DNA from: an uncultured delta proteobacterium
GTDB taxonomy: Bacteria > Desulfobacterota > Desulfomonilia > Desulfomonilales > Desulfomonilaceae
Assembly (NCBI GenBank): GCA_963789265.1
Contig: CAWBKB010000001.1
Location: 1,408,001 to 1,472,000 of the forward strand
Reading direction: 5' to 3'
DNA: 64,000 nt
Shown here: positions 44,428-54,080 of the stretch, piece after piece
Layout of the letters: the number at the start of each line of letters is the position of its first letter
How positions within the stretch are numbered: the first letter of the stretch is position 1
Position numbers and translations under genes: made by a program
Notes under the pieces: generated by a model
The model's input: the letters and a program-made list of their open reading frames with translations, nothing else
The model's database searches: none
Told to the model about the DNA's origin: nothing

Positions 44428-45180
44428 TTAGAGAACAGGTGCAGCCACCAGCACCCCGTTGTCCTGAAGGATCTGACGGACGGCCCTGACTATGCTCAGC
44501 GCACCGGGAGTGTCGCTGTGAACGCAGACCGAACTGCCCTCGATGGAGATTTCCTTGCCGTCTTCGGCCACAACTTTCTGCTCTTTGACCATCTTAGCCA
44601 CCCTCTCGGCCACATGGGTGGGATCGTGGGTTCCATGCTCGCGTGTGATCACCAGATTACCCTCGGCATCGTAACCAAGGTCAGCGTAGAGCTCAAACAC
44701 CGTGCGTATCCCCATCTCGTGAGCCACGTCAGCGGCCACTCCCTTCCTCATAATGTACAGGTAGAGATTTGGATCCACATCTTTCAGCGCCTGGCATACG
44801 GCGCTGGCGATTTCCTCCCGCCGGTGCACCATGCCGTAAAGAGACCCGTGCGGCTTCACATGGTGGAGACGGAGGCCGGTTGCCTCAACGAACGCTTTCA
44901 GCGCACCGATCTGGTACAATACGTCACAGTAGACTTCATCAGGGGTAACGTTCATTTCCCTGCGACCGAATCCCTGAAGATCGGGCAATCCGGGATGCGC
45001 ACCGACCTGCACCCCGTACCTCATGGCAAAACCAACCGTCTTCTTTATCACCGTTGGATCCCCTGAGTGGAAAGCACAGGCGACATTTGCAGAGCTGATG
45101 TATTGCATGAATTCTTCATCATTTCCCATTTTGAAAATGCCAAAGCTTTCACCCATGTCAGCGTTCAGATCGATGTTCAT
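44428..45180 (-). CDS. pxpA: LamB/YcsF family protein (5-oxoprolinase subunit A-like)
   Basis: DLNADMGESFG, ANVACAFHSGDP, GAHPGLPDLQGFGRR, HVKPHGSLY, CVHSDTPG. Confidence 0.93.
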   Translation of the reverse strand: MNIDLNADMGESFGIFKMGNDEEFMQYISSANVACAFHSGDPTVIKKTVGFAMRYGVQVGAHPGLPDLQGFGRREMNVTPDEVYCDVLYQIGALKAFVEATGLRLHHVKPHGSLYGMVHRREEIASAVCQALKDVDPNLYLYIMRKGVAADVAHEMGIRTVFELYADLGYDAEGNLVITREHGTHDPTHVAERVAKMVKEQKVVAEDGKEISIEGSSVCVHSDTPGALSIVRAVRQILQDNGVLVAAPVL

Positions 45181-45203
45181 TGAAGTGCTCCGCTTAGATC
45201 TCT

Positions 45204-46163
45204 TTATTGACCTTTCATGGACAGCCGGAATTGGTCCATCACTACGGCAAAAATGAGGAGACAGCCCATTACCATCATTTGCAGGTAGGAGCTGATGTTC
45301 ATAATATCCATCCCGTTCCTCATCAGGACGATCAGGATGGCCCCGAAAATTGCTCCAATGACGCTCCCTTCACCGCCTCTGAGTGAGACCCCGCCAATGA
45401 CTGCCGCTGCTATGGATTCCAAAGGTAGAGCCGCTCCAAGATTTGGTTCGCCTGAAGCAACCCGAGCGGTCAGCATCACGCCGGTAAGGCCCGCCAGTGC
45501 GCCGCACAGGATATAGGCGAGACAACTGTATTTCTTCACCGCAATGCCCGACAACCGGGCCGCTTCCTCGTTGCCTCCAAGGGCATAGAAGTACCGACCG
45601 ATTCTGGTTTTGGTGAGCATGATGTATATGATCGCCACGACGAGGATCGCCACCAACAAAGGAACTGGAACGCCCCAAACTTTGCCGATACCCATGTAGC
45701 GGTTGAAATCGGCAGGCAGATTGAAAATCGGCACACCTCCAGAAATGAGAAGAGCCAAGCCCTGTGCCACTGACATCATTCCCAGTGTGACCACAAACGG
45801 GGAAACGCGGAATACAGCAATCGTGATACCGTTGAGTGTCCCTACCGCAGTGCCGGTTGCCACACCAGCCAGCAGCGCGGCAATGATGGCAACCGCAGGA
45901 TTAGGAAACCATACAACGGTACTAGCCGTGACGATGCTGGTCAGTGCCACCGAAGATCCGACGGAGAGATCGAACCCGGCACACAATATGGTAAGCATCT
46001 GTCCCGCCGTGATTATGGCGAGGTACGTGGCTTGCCTGCTGACGTTCACCATGTTCGAAAACGTCATGAACCGACTTTCTGCAGCACTGAACAGGATAAG
46101 CAGCGCAACCAGGAGAAATGGAAGCACCCCGACATTGACAAACGTTCGTTTTAGAAACTCCAC
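45204..46163 (-). CDS. ABC transporter permease (RbsC/CUT2 family)
   Basis: FDLSVGS, PFVVTLG, GGNEEAARLSG, IAAAVIGGVSLRGG. Confidence 0.92.
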   Translation of the reverse strand: MEFLKRTFVNVGVLPFLLVALLILFSAAESRFMTFSNMVNVSRQATYLAIITAGQMLTILCAGFDLSVGSSVALTSIVTASTVVWFPNPAVAIIAALLAGVATGTAVGTLNGITIAVFRVSPFVVTLGMMSVAQGLALLISGGVPIFNLPADFNRYMGIGKVWGVPVPLLVAILVVAIIYIMLTKTRIGRYFYALGGNEEAARLSGIAVKKYSCLAYILCGALAGLTGVMLTARVASGEPNLGAALPLESIAAAVIGGVSLRGGEGSVIGAIFGAILIVLMRNGMDIMNISSYLQMMVMGCLLIFAVVMDQFRLSMKGQ

Positions 46164-46215
46164 TGAATGTCTACCTTTTCTTGATAGAATTGTGGCACAC
46201 CATCTGCTGTCTTCA

Positions 46216-47799
46216 TTAGGCCTGGGAACCGCCTCGAACGTTGTGACTCGTTACGAAGCGGTCATAATCGTAGCCGAAGCAGCTTGTGAGAATCTTCTCC
46301 TCGGTGGCTTCGGACCCAGGCATGATCGAGCATATCGATCCGCCGTGCATCACCATCACAGTGTGACAAAGATGCAGAATCTCCGGCAATTCTGAAGAAA
46401 TAAGGATCACAGCGGCACCTTTTTCGGCGTAGTCTTTGAGCAACCGGTAAACGTCACGTTTGGCACCAACGTCGATCCCGCAACTGGCCTCATCGAAAAT
46501 GAACACCTTTGTGTCTCTGATTAATCCCCTTGACAGCATAACTTTCTGCTGATTACCCCCACTGAGTTCATTGACAGTTTGATCGATGCGTGACGGGCGA
46601 ATCTTGAGCTTGTCGATGAGATTCTTCACAGTGGACTTTTCACGTCCCGCGTCTATGAACAGTCTGTTTTCAAAAAAGGGAATCGCGGCCAGGGTCTGAT
46701 TCTCCCTGATCGAACGGCACAATACTAAACCTTCTTTGTGCCTGTCCGCGGGGAAATAGAGTATCCCGCTTTCGATAGCCTTCGCGGGAGTGATTTTCTC
46801 CAATGGCTGGTCAAAGAGAAGCTTGGTACCGGCTGTAATCTTCTCCAAACCGAACATGGCACGTCCCACCCGGGATTTGCCTGCTCCTACCAGTCCGGCG
46901 ATACCGAAAATCTCCCCTTCCCTCACCGTGAAGCTGATGTCTCGGAGTCCGCTGGCCGTGGAGAGTCCTTCCACTGTCAGCACGGGTTTGCCTGGGACGT
47001 GGGTGATCCTAGGGAAAATTTCTGCGTACTCCCTGCCGGTCATCAGAGAGATCAGTTTCTTGTCGTCGGCCTCTCCCATGCTGAGCGTAGCAACATGTTT
47101 ACCATCTCTCAAAACCGTGATCCGGTCGCCTATCTTCTTTAATTCTTCCAGGCGATGGGAGATGTAAACGATCCCCACCCCATCGTCTTTGAGTTTCCTG
47201 ATGATCTCGAAAAGCTTGGCAACTTCTTTGTCCGTGAGGGAAGCGGTGGGTTCGTCCAGGATAAGCACTGATATCTTCTGCTGAAATGCCTTGGCGATCT
47301 CCACCATTTGGCGTTCGGCCCGCTTCAGGCCGCCGACCCTGGCCTGCAGATCGAGCTTGAAATCAAGGCGATTCAATGTCTCCTCGGCCTTTTTACGCAT
47401 AGCCTCCTTGTCGAGAAGGCCTCTCTTAACCATTTCCCGGCCGAGGAAGAGATTCTCAAGCACGGTAAGTTGGGGCACTAGGCTGAATTCCTGGTAGACC
47501 GCAGAGATTCCCATCATTCTGGCATCGTAGGAACTTCGGAATTCAACCTTTTCGCCGTTGACAAAGATCTCCCCGTCATCCGGAAGGTACGAACCCGCGA
47601 TGATTTTTGTCAGTGTCGACTTTCCCGCTCCGTTCTCGCCGAACAGCACATGTACCTCACCGGGCATGAGCTCAAAAGAGATCCTGTCCACCGCGAGGAC
47701 ACCAGGGAATCTTTTCGTGATATTGAGAACACTCAGGACGGGGACAGTCACTATTTTTTCTCCTTTGCTCGATCCTGCCACTTCCTCCGGAATACTCAT
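46216..47799 (-). CDS. ABC transporter ATP-binding protein (RbsA/CUT2, two domains)
   Basis: GENGAGKST, LDEPT, LSGGNQQK, SSELPE. Confidence 0.95.
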   Translation of the reverse strand: MSIPEEVAGSSKGEKIVTVPVLSVLNITKRFPGVLAVDRISFELMPGEVHVLFGENGAGKSTLTKIIAGSYLPDDGEIFVNGEKVEFRSSYDARMMGISAVYQEFSLVPQLTVLENLFLGREMVKRGLLDKEAMRKKAEETLNRLDFKLDLQARVGGLKRAERQMVEIAKAFQQKISVLILDEPTASLTDKEVAKLFEIIRKLKDDGVGIVYISHRLEELKKIGDRITVLRDGKHVATLSMGEADDKKLISLMTGREYAEIFPRITHVPGKPVLTVEGLSTASGLRDISFTVREGEIFGIAGLVGAGKSRVGRAMFGLEKITAGTKLLFDQPLEKITPAKAIESGILYFPADRHKEGLVLCRSIRENQTLAAIPFFENRLFIDAGREKSTVKNLIDKLKIRPSRIDQTVNELSGGNQQKVMLSRGLIRDTKVFIFDEASCGIDVGAKRDVYRLLKDYAEKGAAVILISSELPEILHLCHTVMVMHGGSICSIMPGSEATEEKILTSCFGYDYDRFVTSHNVRGGSQA

Positions 47800-47849
47800 T
47801 TGGGGGTAGGCACGGCAGCCTACCCCGTTACTTGCACCAAATCACCCTT

Positions 47850-49016
47850 TCACTTTTTGGGTTCGACCTTGAATACCGGGCGGAAAGTCCGGGGCCCAAA
47901 GAGGAGTTCGTAAGGGTACTTATCAATGTTTGCTTTGGTAAGGGTCGGGATTAGGGGGCCGGATCTGAACGGAAAGTCTTTTCCGGGTTTCTGGCCGTTG
48001 AGAATCCGGACCATCATGTCTACCGCCATCTGACCCTGGGTCACAGTGAGGTCTGATGGCGCGGCGGCTACACTGCCTTTCTTGATCTTCTCGTATAAAG
48101 GCGGGATGATGTAGGTAGACACAATCTTAACGGATTTGGCCCGCCCTGACTCAGCCAGGGGTCCTACCGCGGCATCGGCGGCAACCGCATTGGCCACCAG
48201 ATAATCTATTTTAGGGAAGGTTTTCAGCGAATTCTCAATCAGACCTAGCTGTACGTCTTTTCCCGTGTCACCCCACTTGACTGCGAGGATGTTTACCTTG
48301 CCATCAAACTTTTTGATCGCATCTTTGAAGCCGTCCAGAGTGTCCGGCGCCCAGCCCGAACCAGCAGGACCAGGCAAGAAGACCACGTTGATATCTTTCT
48401 TGCCCTGGGCTTTCGCGTCTGAGACAACGAAATCTCCCGCGTGAAGTCCCATATCGAAAAAAGATACGAGTGCCTTGGCTGCTATGTCTTGAGCTTGAAT
48501 GTCGTTGATCACTTCAATAACAGGAATTTTTTTCTTGGTTATCTCCTGCACCACAGGGTCCAGTGCGGTGTATGAGATCGAAGCCAGGATAATGCCGTCT
48601 ACCTTCTCCTGAGCAAGGTTCTCCACCTGTCCGACCTGTTGCTCCACCTCGGTGTAACCACCGGCCGCAACAAGGTGAATTCCCACTCCCAACCGCTTGG
48701 CCTCTGAAATGATCCCGTAATCCACAGCAAGCCAATACGGGTCTTTCAAGTGCGGGAAGGAAACACCAATAACGTATGGCTTGTTGGCCTTTTCGGGAGG
48801 CGCCCATTCTTCCTGCTTTGGCCCCTGTAAGCTCGCAGCAGGGCGTCCTGATTTTTTCCCTTTCACGTCGTACTTGCCATAGTAAGAATTGACCTTAACC
48901 GGCCACCAAGGTTTCTCTGCCCCAAAACAAACGGCGCTGCTGAACAGAAACAGAGCGCACACTAGCGCCGTTGCAGGAACGAGGCCTCTAAGAGATGCGG
49001 ATCCTCCGATACTCAT
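47850..49016 (-). CDS. TorT-like periplasmic substrate-binding protein
   Basis: Signal peptide; FPHLKDPYWLAVDYG, AGGY, PGPAGSGW and WGDTGK resemble the TorT family. Confidence 0.8.
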   Translation of the reverse strand: MSIGGSASLRGLVPATALVCALFLFSSAVCFGAEKPWWPVKVNSYYGKYDVKGKKSGRPAASLQGPKQEEWAPPEKANKPYVIGVSFPHLKDPYWLAVDYGIISEAKRLGVGIHLVAAGGYTEVEQQVGQVENLAQEKVDGIILASISYTALDPVVQEITKKKIPVIEVINDIQAQDIAAKALVSFFDMGLHAGDFVVSDAKAQGKKDINVVFLPGPAGSGWAPDTLDGFKDAIKKFDGKVNILAVKWGDTGKDVQLGLIENSLKTFPKIDYLVANAVAADAAVGPLAESGRAKSVKIVSTYIIPPLYEKIKKGSVAAAPSDLTVTQGQMAVDMMVRILNGQKPGKDFPFRSGPLIPTLTKANIDKYPYELLFGPRTFRPVFKVEPKK

Positions 49017-49196
49017 TTCATTTCCTCCTTTGTGCTGAACGCGTTTTCACGCGGATACCAACGGCTTACACCATTGCAAATCCCCCATCCCGACGCGCCG
49101 GGACGGAGAGGATGCACCGAGATTCGGGTTGAAACAAATCGGACTTAGAGAGGCGGACGGTCCGGTGGAACCATGCGGCCTTTCCTGTGGCCTTAT

Positions 49197-49472
49197 CTAG
49201 GCCTTGAGATTTATTCCTCGGATGTTTCCGCTGAGCCCTTTTTCGATGAGTTCCAAGATGAGCTTGCTGATATCGCTCATCGTGAGGGAGACGATCAGCC
49301 ACCGGTGGCCCTCGTGATCGGTGCAGACAACCTGCTTCTCAACTGGCGTTCCCTTCTCTTCCAGGTACGCCTGTGGATCAAATTTCAGCCCACCTTCGGG
49401 GATTTCAATAAGGATGTGTGACAATCCCTCGGATAAGCACTGGAGATCTAAACCTTCCGAGCCCATTTTCAT
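49197..49472 (-). CDS. Small hypothetical protein, first gene of the island operon
   Basis: 91-aa ORF from ATG 49472, just downstream of the sigma54 promoter. Confidence 0.55.
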   Translation of the reverse strand: MKMGSEGLDLQCLSEGLSHILIEIPEGGLKFDPQAYLEEKGTPVEKQVVCTDHEGHRWLIVSLTMSDISKLILELIEKGLSGNIRGINLKA

Positions 49473-49506
49473 CACCTGGACAGGCTGCTTTGTTCCGACG
49501 CGTATG

Positions 49507-49523
49507 AGCAATATTTGGGCCAA
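49507..49523 (-). promoter_or_regulatory. sigma54 -24/-12 promoter
   Basis: TTGGCCCAAATATTGCT (GG-N10-GC), next to a sigma54 activator gene. Confidence 0.75.
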
Positions 49524-49654
49524 ACATGGAAGTGGGAGACCAACGAGGCGAAGAATATGTCTAAGTTTGTGATTTAATAACGAATGTTTTACACGATGGT
49601 GGGTTGCACACTCTGAGGATATGGTTTAAGTTCGTGTTTGTGCGAAGGCACAAA

Positions 49655-49748
49655 TTATGCGCGATTGCATAAAAAAGCAACAGCATGTGCTTGGCGGCCT
49701 CATAAGAAGACGCTTATGCAGTAATGCATCAAAGATGCAGATTTGCAT
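49655..49748. promoter_or_regulatory. Three ATGC-N6-GCAT palindromes, probable upstream activator sites
   Basis: atgcgcgattgcat (49657), atgcagtaatgcat (49716) and atgcagatttgcat (49735), ~130-230 bp upstream of the sigma54 promoter. Confidence 0.6.
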
Positions 49749-49965
49749 CATTGCCATCGGCCTCTATAGCAATTGTCCAAAAAGATGTCCTTTTGCTCAT
49801 CTGAGGCATCGTCATCCAGACTGTAGAGGCACGGCATGCCGTGCCCCTACCGAACATCGTCATTCCCGCGCACGCGGTCCAGCGAAAGCGGATCAGACTG
49901 GACCTCGGATCAGAATCCCATAGCGACTGTGGTACCGGCGTGCCTCCCGTTCGCACTTCGGAAAG

Positions 49966-51666
49966 TCAATGACCCGAGTATCGTTTCATCTTGCGCGAAA
50001 TGGTCGACTGGTTGATCCCCAGGTGCCGGGCCGCCTGTTGCTGTGAACCATACTTCCGCACAGCTCCCGCTATTTGCTCGAGTTCTAGTTGGCCGATTGC
50101 GCTCTTTAGAGAACCCTGTTCAAGAGCCCGCCTAAGTTGGGCAGGACCCACGAACTGACAGACAAGGGGCGGAAGCTCGCTCAATGTAACGACTTCTGCC
50201 TTGCTCAGAACCATCATGGATTCGACAATATTTTGAAGCTCACGCACATTACCGGGATAATCATAGTGCAGCAGGGCATCAAGAACCTCTCCGTCGATGG
50301 ATCTGTTGAGATCGTGCTTGGCCTTGAACCTTCTCGTGAAGAAGGTGATCAGATCCAACATATCCTGGGTGCGGCCTCTGAGCGGCGGAATGGCTAGGGA
50401 AACCACGTTCAACCGATAGAAGAGGTCTTCCCTGAAGGTGTTCTTTCGCACTTGTTCGGCCAGATCCCTGTTGGTGGCTGCAATGACTCTCGTATCAACC
50501 GGTCGAACGGTGGAACCTCCGACGCGCATAACGCACTTCTCATCCAAGAAGCGCAGGAGCTTGACCTGCTGGCTCAAGGGGGCTTCGGAAATCTCGTCCA
50601 AGAATAGGGTGCCGCCTTCCGCCATTTCAACCAGTCCGGGCTTTCCTTTGGCGCCTGCGCCGGTAAACGCTCCTTTTTCATATCCGAACAGCTCCGACTC
50701 AAACAAAGTCTCGACAATTGATGCGCAATCAACCCTGACAAACGGCCCACTGGATCGTTCAGATTTCTGGTGGATCAGTTTTGCTACCAGACCTTTACCT
50801 ACTCCGGATTCTCCGGTAATCAAGACAGTAGTATCGAAACGAGCAACCATGAGGGCCCGTTCATAGACGGATTCCATCTCCTTGCTGCGGCAAACGAAAA
50901 AGTTGCTCTCGAGTTCCCGGAGGTGGAAGTCTGACAACTCGCTCCGGTACTGATCGACGAGCGCTTTACTCTCTTCCAGTTCGCGACGTATGCGGTCAAG
51001 TTCCGTTATGTCACGGTCGTTAATAATGATGACGTCGATTTCTCCCCGAGAATTCAGTATCGGATTTCCGGTGGCCAGCAACTTCTTGTTGGCTTTTGTG
51101 GTTTGAACCAGAGTCACGGTAGTCTTGCGTTTCAGCACCTGCACCGTCACCGATTCGTCCACGTACCCCTCAGCTACCAGGTCTGCCACGTTGCGTCCCA
51201 GGACATCCGGGGCGTTGCACCCGGTGTTCCGCTCGGCTGCCTTGTTGAGCTTTACGACGTTGCCGTGCCTGTCTGTGATCCACAGGCCGTCGTAGGACGA
51301 CTCCATGATTGCATCCAACAGTTGCGCCATCTGTTTGTACGATTCAAGTTCCCGTGCGTACTGGTCGTACGCAAAGACAGCCTGGAAAAAAGAAAAAACT
51401 CCTTCAATTCTATTCTTGAACCGCAGGGGTAATCGATTGGTGATGTAGAGCTTCCCTCCAATGGAGTCACGAACTCCAAGCTGCGGGATGCCGTCCTGGA
51501 AGACTGTTGAAATATCTTCCCAGACAGAACGTTGAATATCTCGCGCATGGCTGCCCACCAGTTCTTCCTTGGACAGGGCCAGGAATCTGGCAGCAGCGCC
51601 GTTTGCGTACGCTATAATGCCGGAGGGCAGTACGACAACGATCCCGTCCGGCACAATGTCCATCAT
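49966..51666 (-). CDS. PAS-PAS sigma54-dependent transcriptional activator (Fis HTH)
   Basis: GESGVGK, ESELFGYEKGAFTGA, FLDEI, FREDLFYRL, PGNVREL, AARHLGINQSTISRK. Confidence 0.95.
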   Translation of the reverse strand: MMDIVPDGIVVVLPSGIIAYANGAAARFLALSKEELVGSHARDIQRSVWEDISTVFQDGIPQLGVRDSIGGKLYITNRLPLRFKNRIEGVFSFFQAVFAYDQYARELESYKQMAQLLDAIMESSYDGLWITDRHGNVVKLNKAAERNTGCNAPDVLGRNVADLVAEGYVDESVTVQVLKRKTTVTLVQTTKANKKLLATGNPILNSRGEIDVIIINDRDITELDRIRRELEESKALVDQYRSELSDFHLRELESNFFVCRSKEMESVYERALMVARFDTTVLITGESGVGKGLVAKLIHQKSERSSGPFVRVDCASIVETLFESELFGYEKGAFTGAGAKGKPGLVEMAEGGTLFLDEISEAPLSQQVKLLRFLDEKCVMRVGGSTVRPVDTRVIAATNRDLAEQVRKNTFREDLFYRLNVVSLAIPPLRGRTQDMLDLITFFTRRFKAKHDLNRSIDGEVLDALLHYDYPGNVRELQNIVESMMVLSKAEVVTLSELPPLVCQFVGPAQLRRALEQGSLKSAIGQLELEQIAGAVRKYGSQQQAARHLGINQSTISRKMKRYSGH

Positions 51667-51879
51667 GGCACCGAAGGCTTCGAGAAGTTTCTGAAAGGGT
51701 GTTGGCAGGTGTCCGCATAGACCTGGTCAAGGAAAGCCGGTAGCCCGGATTTCTTTTGAGTATTGGCGTAAATGATACCATGTTTCTTGAGGCACGCAAG
51801 GCTTGTCGGAGCTCACCCAGGGACTGCAATTGAGATCTGTGGTCTAGCGGGAGAGCCGCTTTGAGGGCCCTGTGATTCC

Positions 51880-52460
51880 ATAGAATTTTACTGAGAGCAC
51901 AAAGTATTCTCTTTGAGCCGCCTGAAAGGTCTTGGTAAATCTGATCAAAGCAAAATAACGAGATATCGCTTGTGGTCTCTGATATGGGTGCTATTACTTC
52001 CTCCATCCGCTTACTCAGAGTTACGCGACCGAGCACCCATTTGATGGCCAGAGGATAGTAAAACACTCTCTTAACGTACTGGTCTATCATCCCATCATCG
52101 AGTCGCGCTAAATCGACCAAACCCTTGTCCTGCGCAACGCGTCTGAACAAGAAAATAGCTTCCTTTTCTTTCAGTTCCTTTAGTTCATAGCGCCGTTCAA
52201 CTTGGCCCAATCCCTTCCTACTGGTGATCAGCATTTTGGCATTCTTATGGGCGTCCAAAATAAAGTTGATGATCTGCTCGTCTGTGATTGTTTCAAGATT
52301 GTCAATAACGATTAGTATCCGGTTGAACAGCTCAAAAATAGTGTTTACACCATCTTCTTTTTCCTGAAGAGTCCTACCTGGTAGGCCGAAACCCATTACG
52401 GAAGAGATGCTGTCCAGTAGTACCAGTTCGCGATTCAGTATAGAATTTGATATAAGCGCC
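51880..52460 (-). pseudogene. Internal fragment of an NB-ARC/STAND-type NTPase
   Basis: ILIVIDNLE (Walker B), MLITSR, YPLAIKW; no Walker A and no C-terminus. Confidence 0.6.
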
Positions 52461-52739
52461 CCCACATACTTTTGGGGGAGGCAGGAGATGGGTGGAGTTA
52501 CGTCGGCGCTGCCGCATCTTTCGGAATTCGAGCTTACCTTTGTTTTGCAGGTCAACGATTCGTGCTTTGAGGGTCGGAACTTCATCCGAGGGTTCAACAC
52601 CCACTGATTCCTTCTTTTGGTCTTTACCAGGAACGGAAGGCTCATGAATGCCCGAACCAGCTTTGGATTTTTCAGGCTTAGGTTTGTCAGATTCCGCGGC
52701 AGCCGCAATCAAAGGACTAACCGAGAATATCAGAGCCAA

Positions 52740-53283
52740 AGCCTATCTAAGGCGTATGACGCTCTTTGCCGTGAATACGGGTTGCCGTGATCAAGAAATC
52801 TGCAAGTTGAAATGGGACTGGGAGGTTAACATTCCCGAGCTGCGGACAACTGTATTCATAATTCCTAAAGAGAAGGTCAAGAATCGGGAAGACCGGCCTG
52901 TAGTACTGAACTCCATTGCTGGATCGGTTGTAGAGGAAGTGAGGGGTATCCACGAAGAGTATGTGTTCACTTATAAAGGGAAGCCTCTCCAAAGGATTTA
53001 CAATCGGGCATGGAGACAGGCACGAGAGAGGGCAGGGCTTCCCCAGGTTCGTGTGCATGACCTAAAGCACACCTATGGCCGACGGCTTCGAGCTATGGGG
53101 GTGAGTTTCGAGGACAGACAGGACCTTCTTGGCCACAAGTCGAATAGGGTGACGACTCATTATTCCGCACCTGAGTTGATCAATTTGCTGCAAGCTTCGG
53201 AGAGGGTTTGCAGTCAGGACTGGCACAAATCCGGCACAATGGTCATCCTGAAAAAGAAACCCCGCCTTGCCGTGGTGGGCTAA
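52740..53283 (+). pseudogene. Tyrosine integrase, catalytic C-terminal part only
   Basis: NTGCRDQEI, KVKN, HDLKHTY, LLGHKSNRVTTHY. The N-terminus is replaced by unrelated antisense sequence. Confidence 0.85.
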
Positions 53284-53306
53284 TGAGGCGGGATTCTTGT
53301 AAATTC

Positions 53307-53353
53307 ATGGTGCCGAGGGGCGGAATCGAACCACCGACACAAGGATTTTCAGA
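53307..53353 (-). repeat. tRNA-Phe(GAA) 3' fragment, attachment-site repeat (right island boundary)
   Basis: Identical to 32966..33012; no D-arm or 5' acceptor strand beyond 53353. Confidence 0.9.
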
Positions 53354-54080
53354 CCGAATGTAAGCAGTCATAACAAACAAAATCAATCTGTTACGTCGAA
53401 CGACCGTTGCGCCCGATTCACTACAAATCACAACTTGTCACGACCGTATCCCGCAAAAGTCCCGCACGCCATTCCCACCCCAAATCCCACCTGCGCGTCG
53501 TGTCTCCGCCGTGAGAGAATACCGACACACTTTTTCCGATGGATCTCAAAACCTCCTTGGGCGCACCGTTCCTGAATTTGATGTTTTTCCGTGGGGTCCT
53601 TTTGGGGACCTTTTTCACCGATGAAACACGATTTTGCAAATAAGAGGTCCCCATGAGGGTCCCCAAGAATCTGCTCGATCATGCCATCATCGGAGACCCG
53701 GCATCAATCATCCCTCGACCGTCGCTCTGCAGGGACTGCTGCCGTGTGAAGGCACGTTTCTCAAACCAGCACAAGCGGCTACGTCACGATTTCTTTGAAG
53801 AAATGAAGCATCATCGGTCACTATCAGGCACATTCGTGACGCATCACGGCGTCAAAAGCGACGCCAAAATGACGCCAACCATTGCTTGACGAATCAGCGG
53901 CATCCGGCTCGGCCATTTTTTCTGCCACGAGCAGAGCGATCCTCCTCTCCTGTTCTTGACGTCCTTCCTCATCTTTCTGACTTGTGGTTTTCCAAACTGA
54001 TATATAATGAGGACCACGGAGGCATCCTGCAACGAGCCGCCCGGCGTACGACCAAAGTCGTCTCATGAAGGAGACCTGCC

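Larger units (their letters stand above)
32966..53353. mobile_element. ~20.4-kb genomic island integrated at tRNA-Phe att, with degenerate integrase
   Basis: 47-bp direct repeats; tyrosine integrase C-terminus next to the right repeat; paired tggcaca-N4-(t/c)ggcaca motifs at 33109 and 53221. Confidence 0.85.

Noticed and set aside
49020..49195. Guanidine riboswitch ahead of the transporter
   Set aside because: Hairpins are present, but no recognisable guanidine-I/II/III consensus.
51467..52708. Single 413-aa gene
   Set aside because: Chimeric open frame; only the middle resembles an NB-ARC domain, and the ends overlap other genes out of frame.
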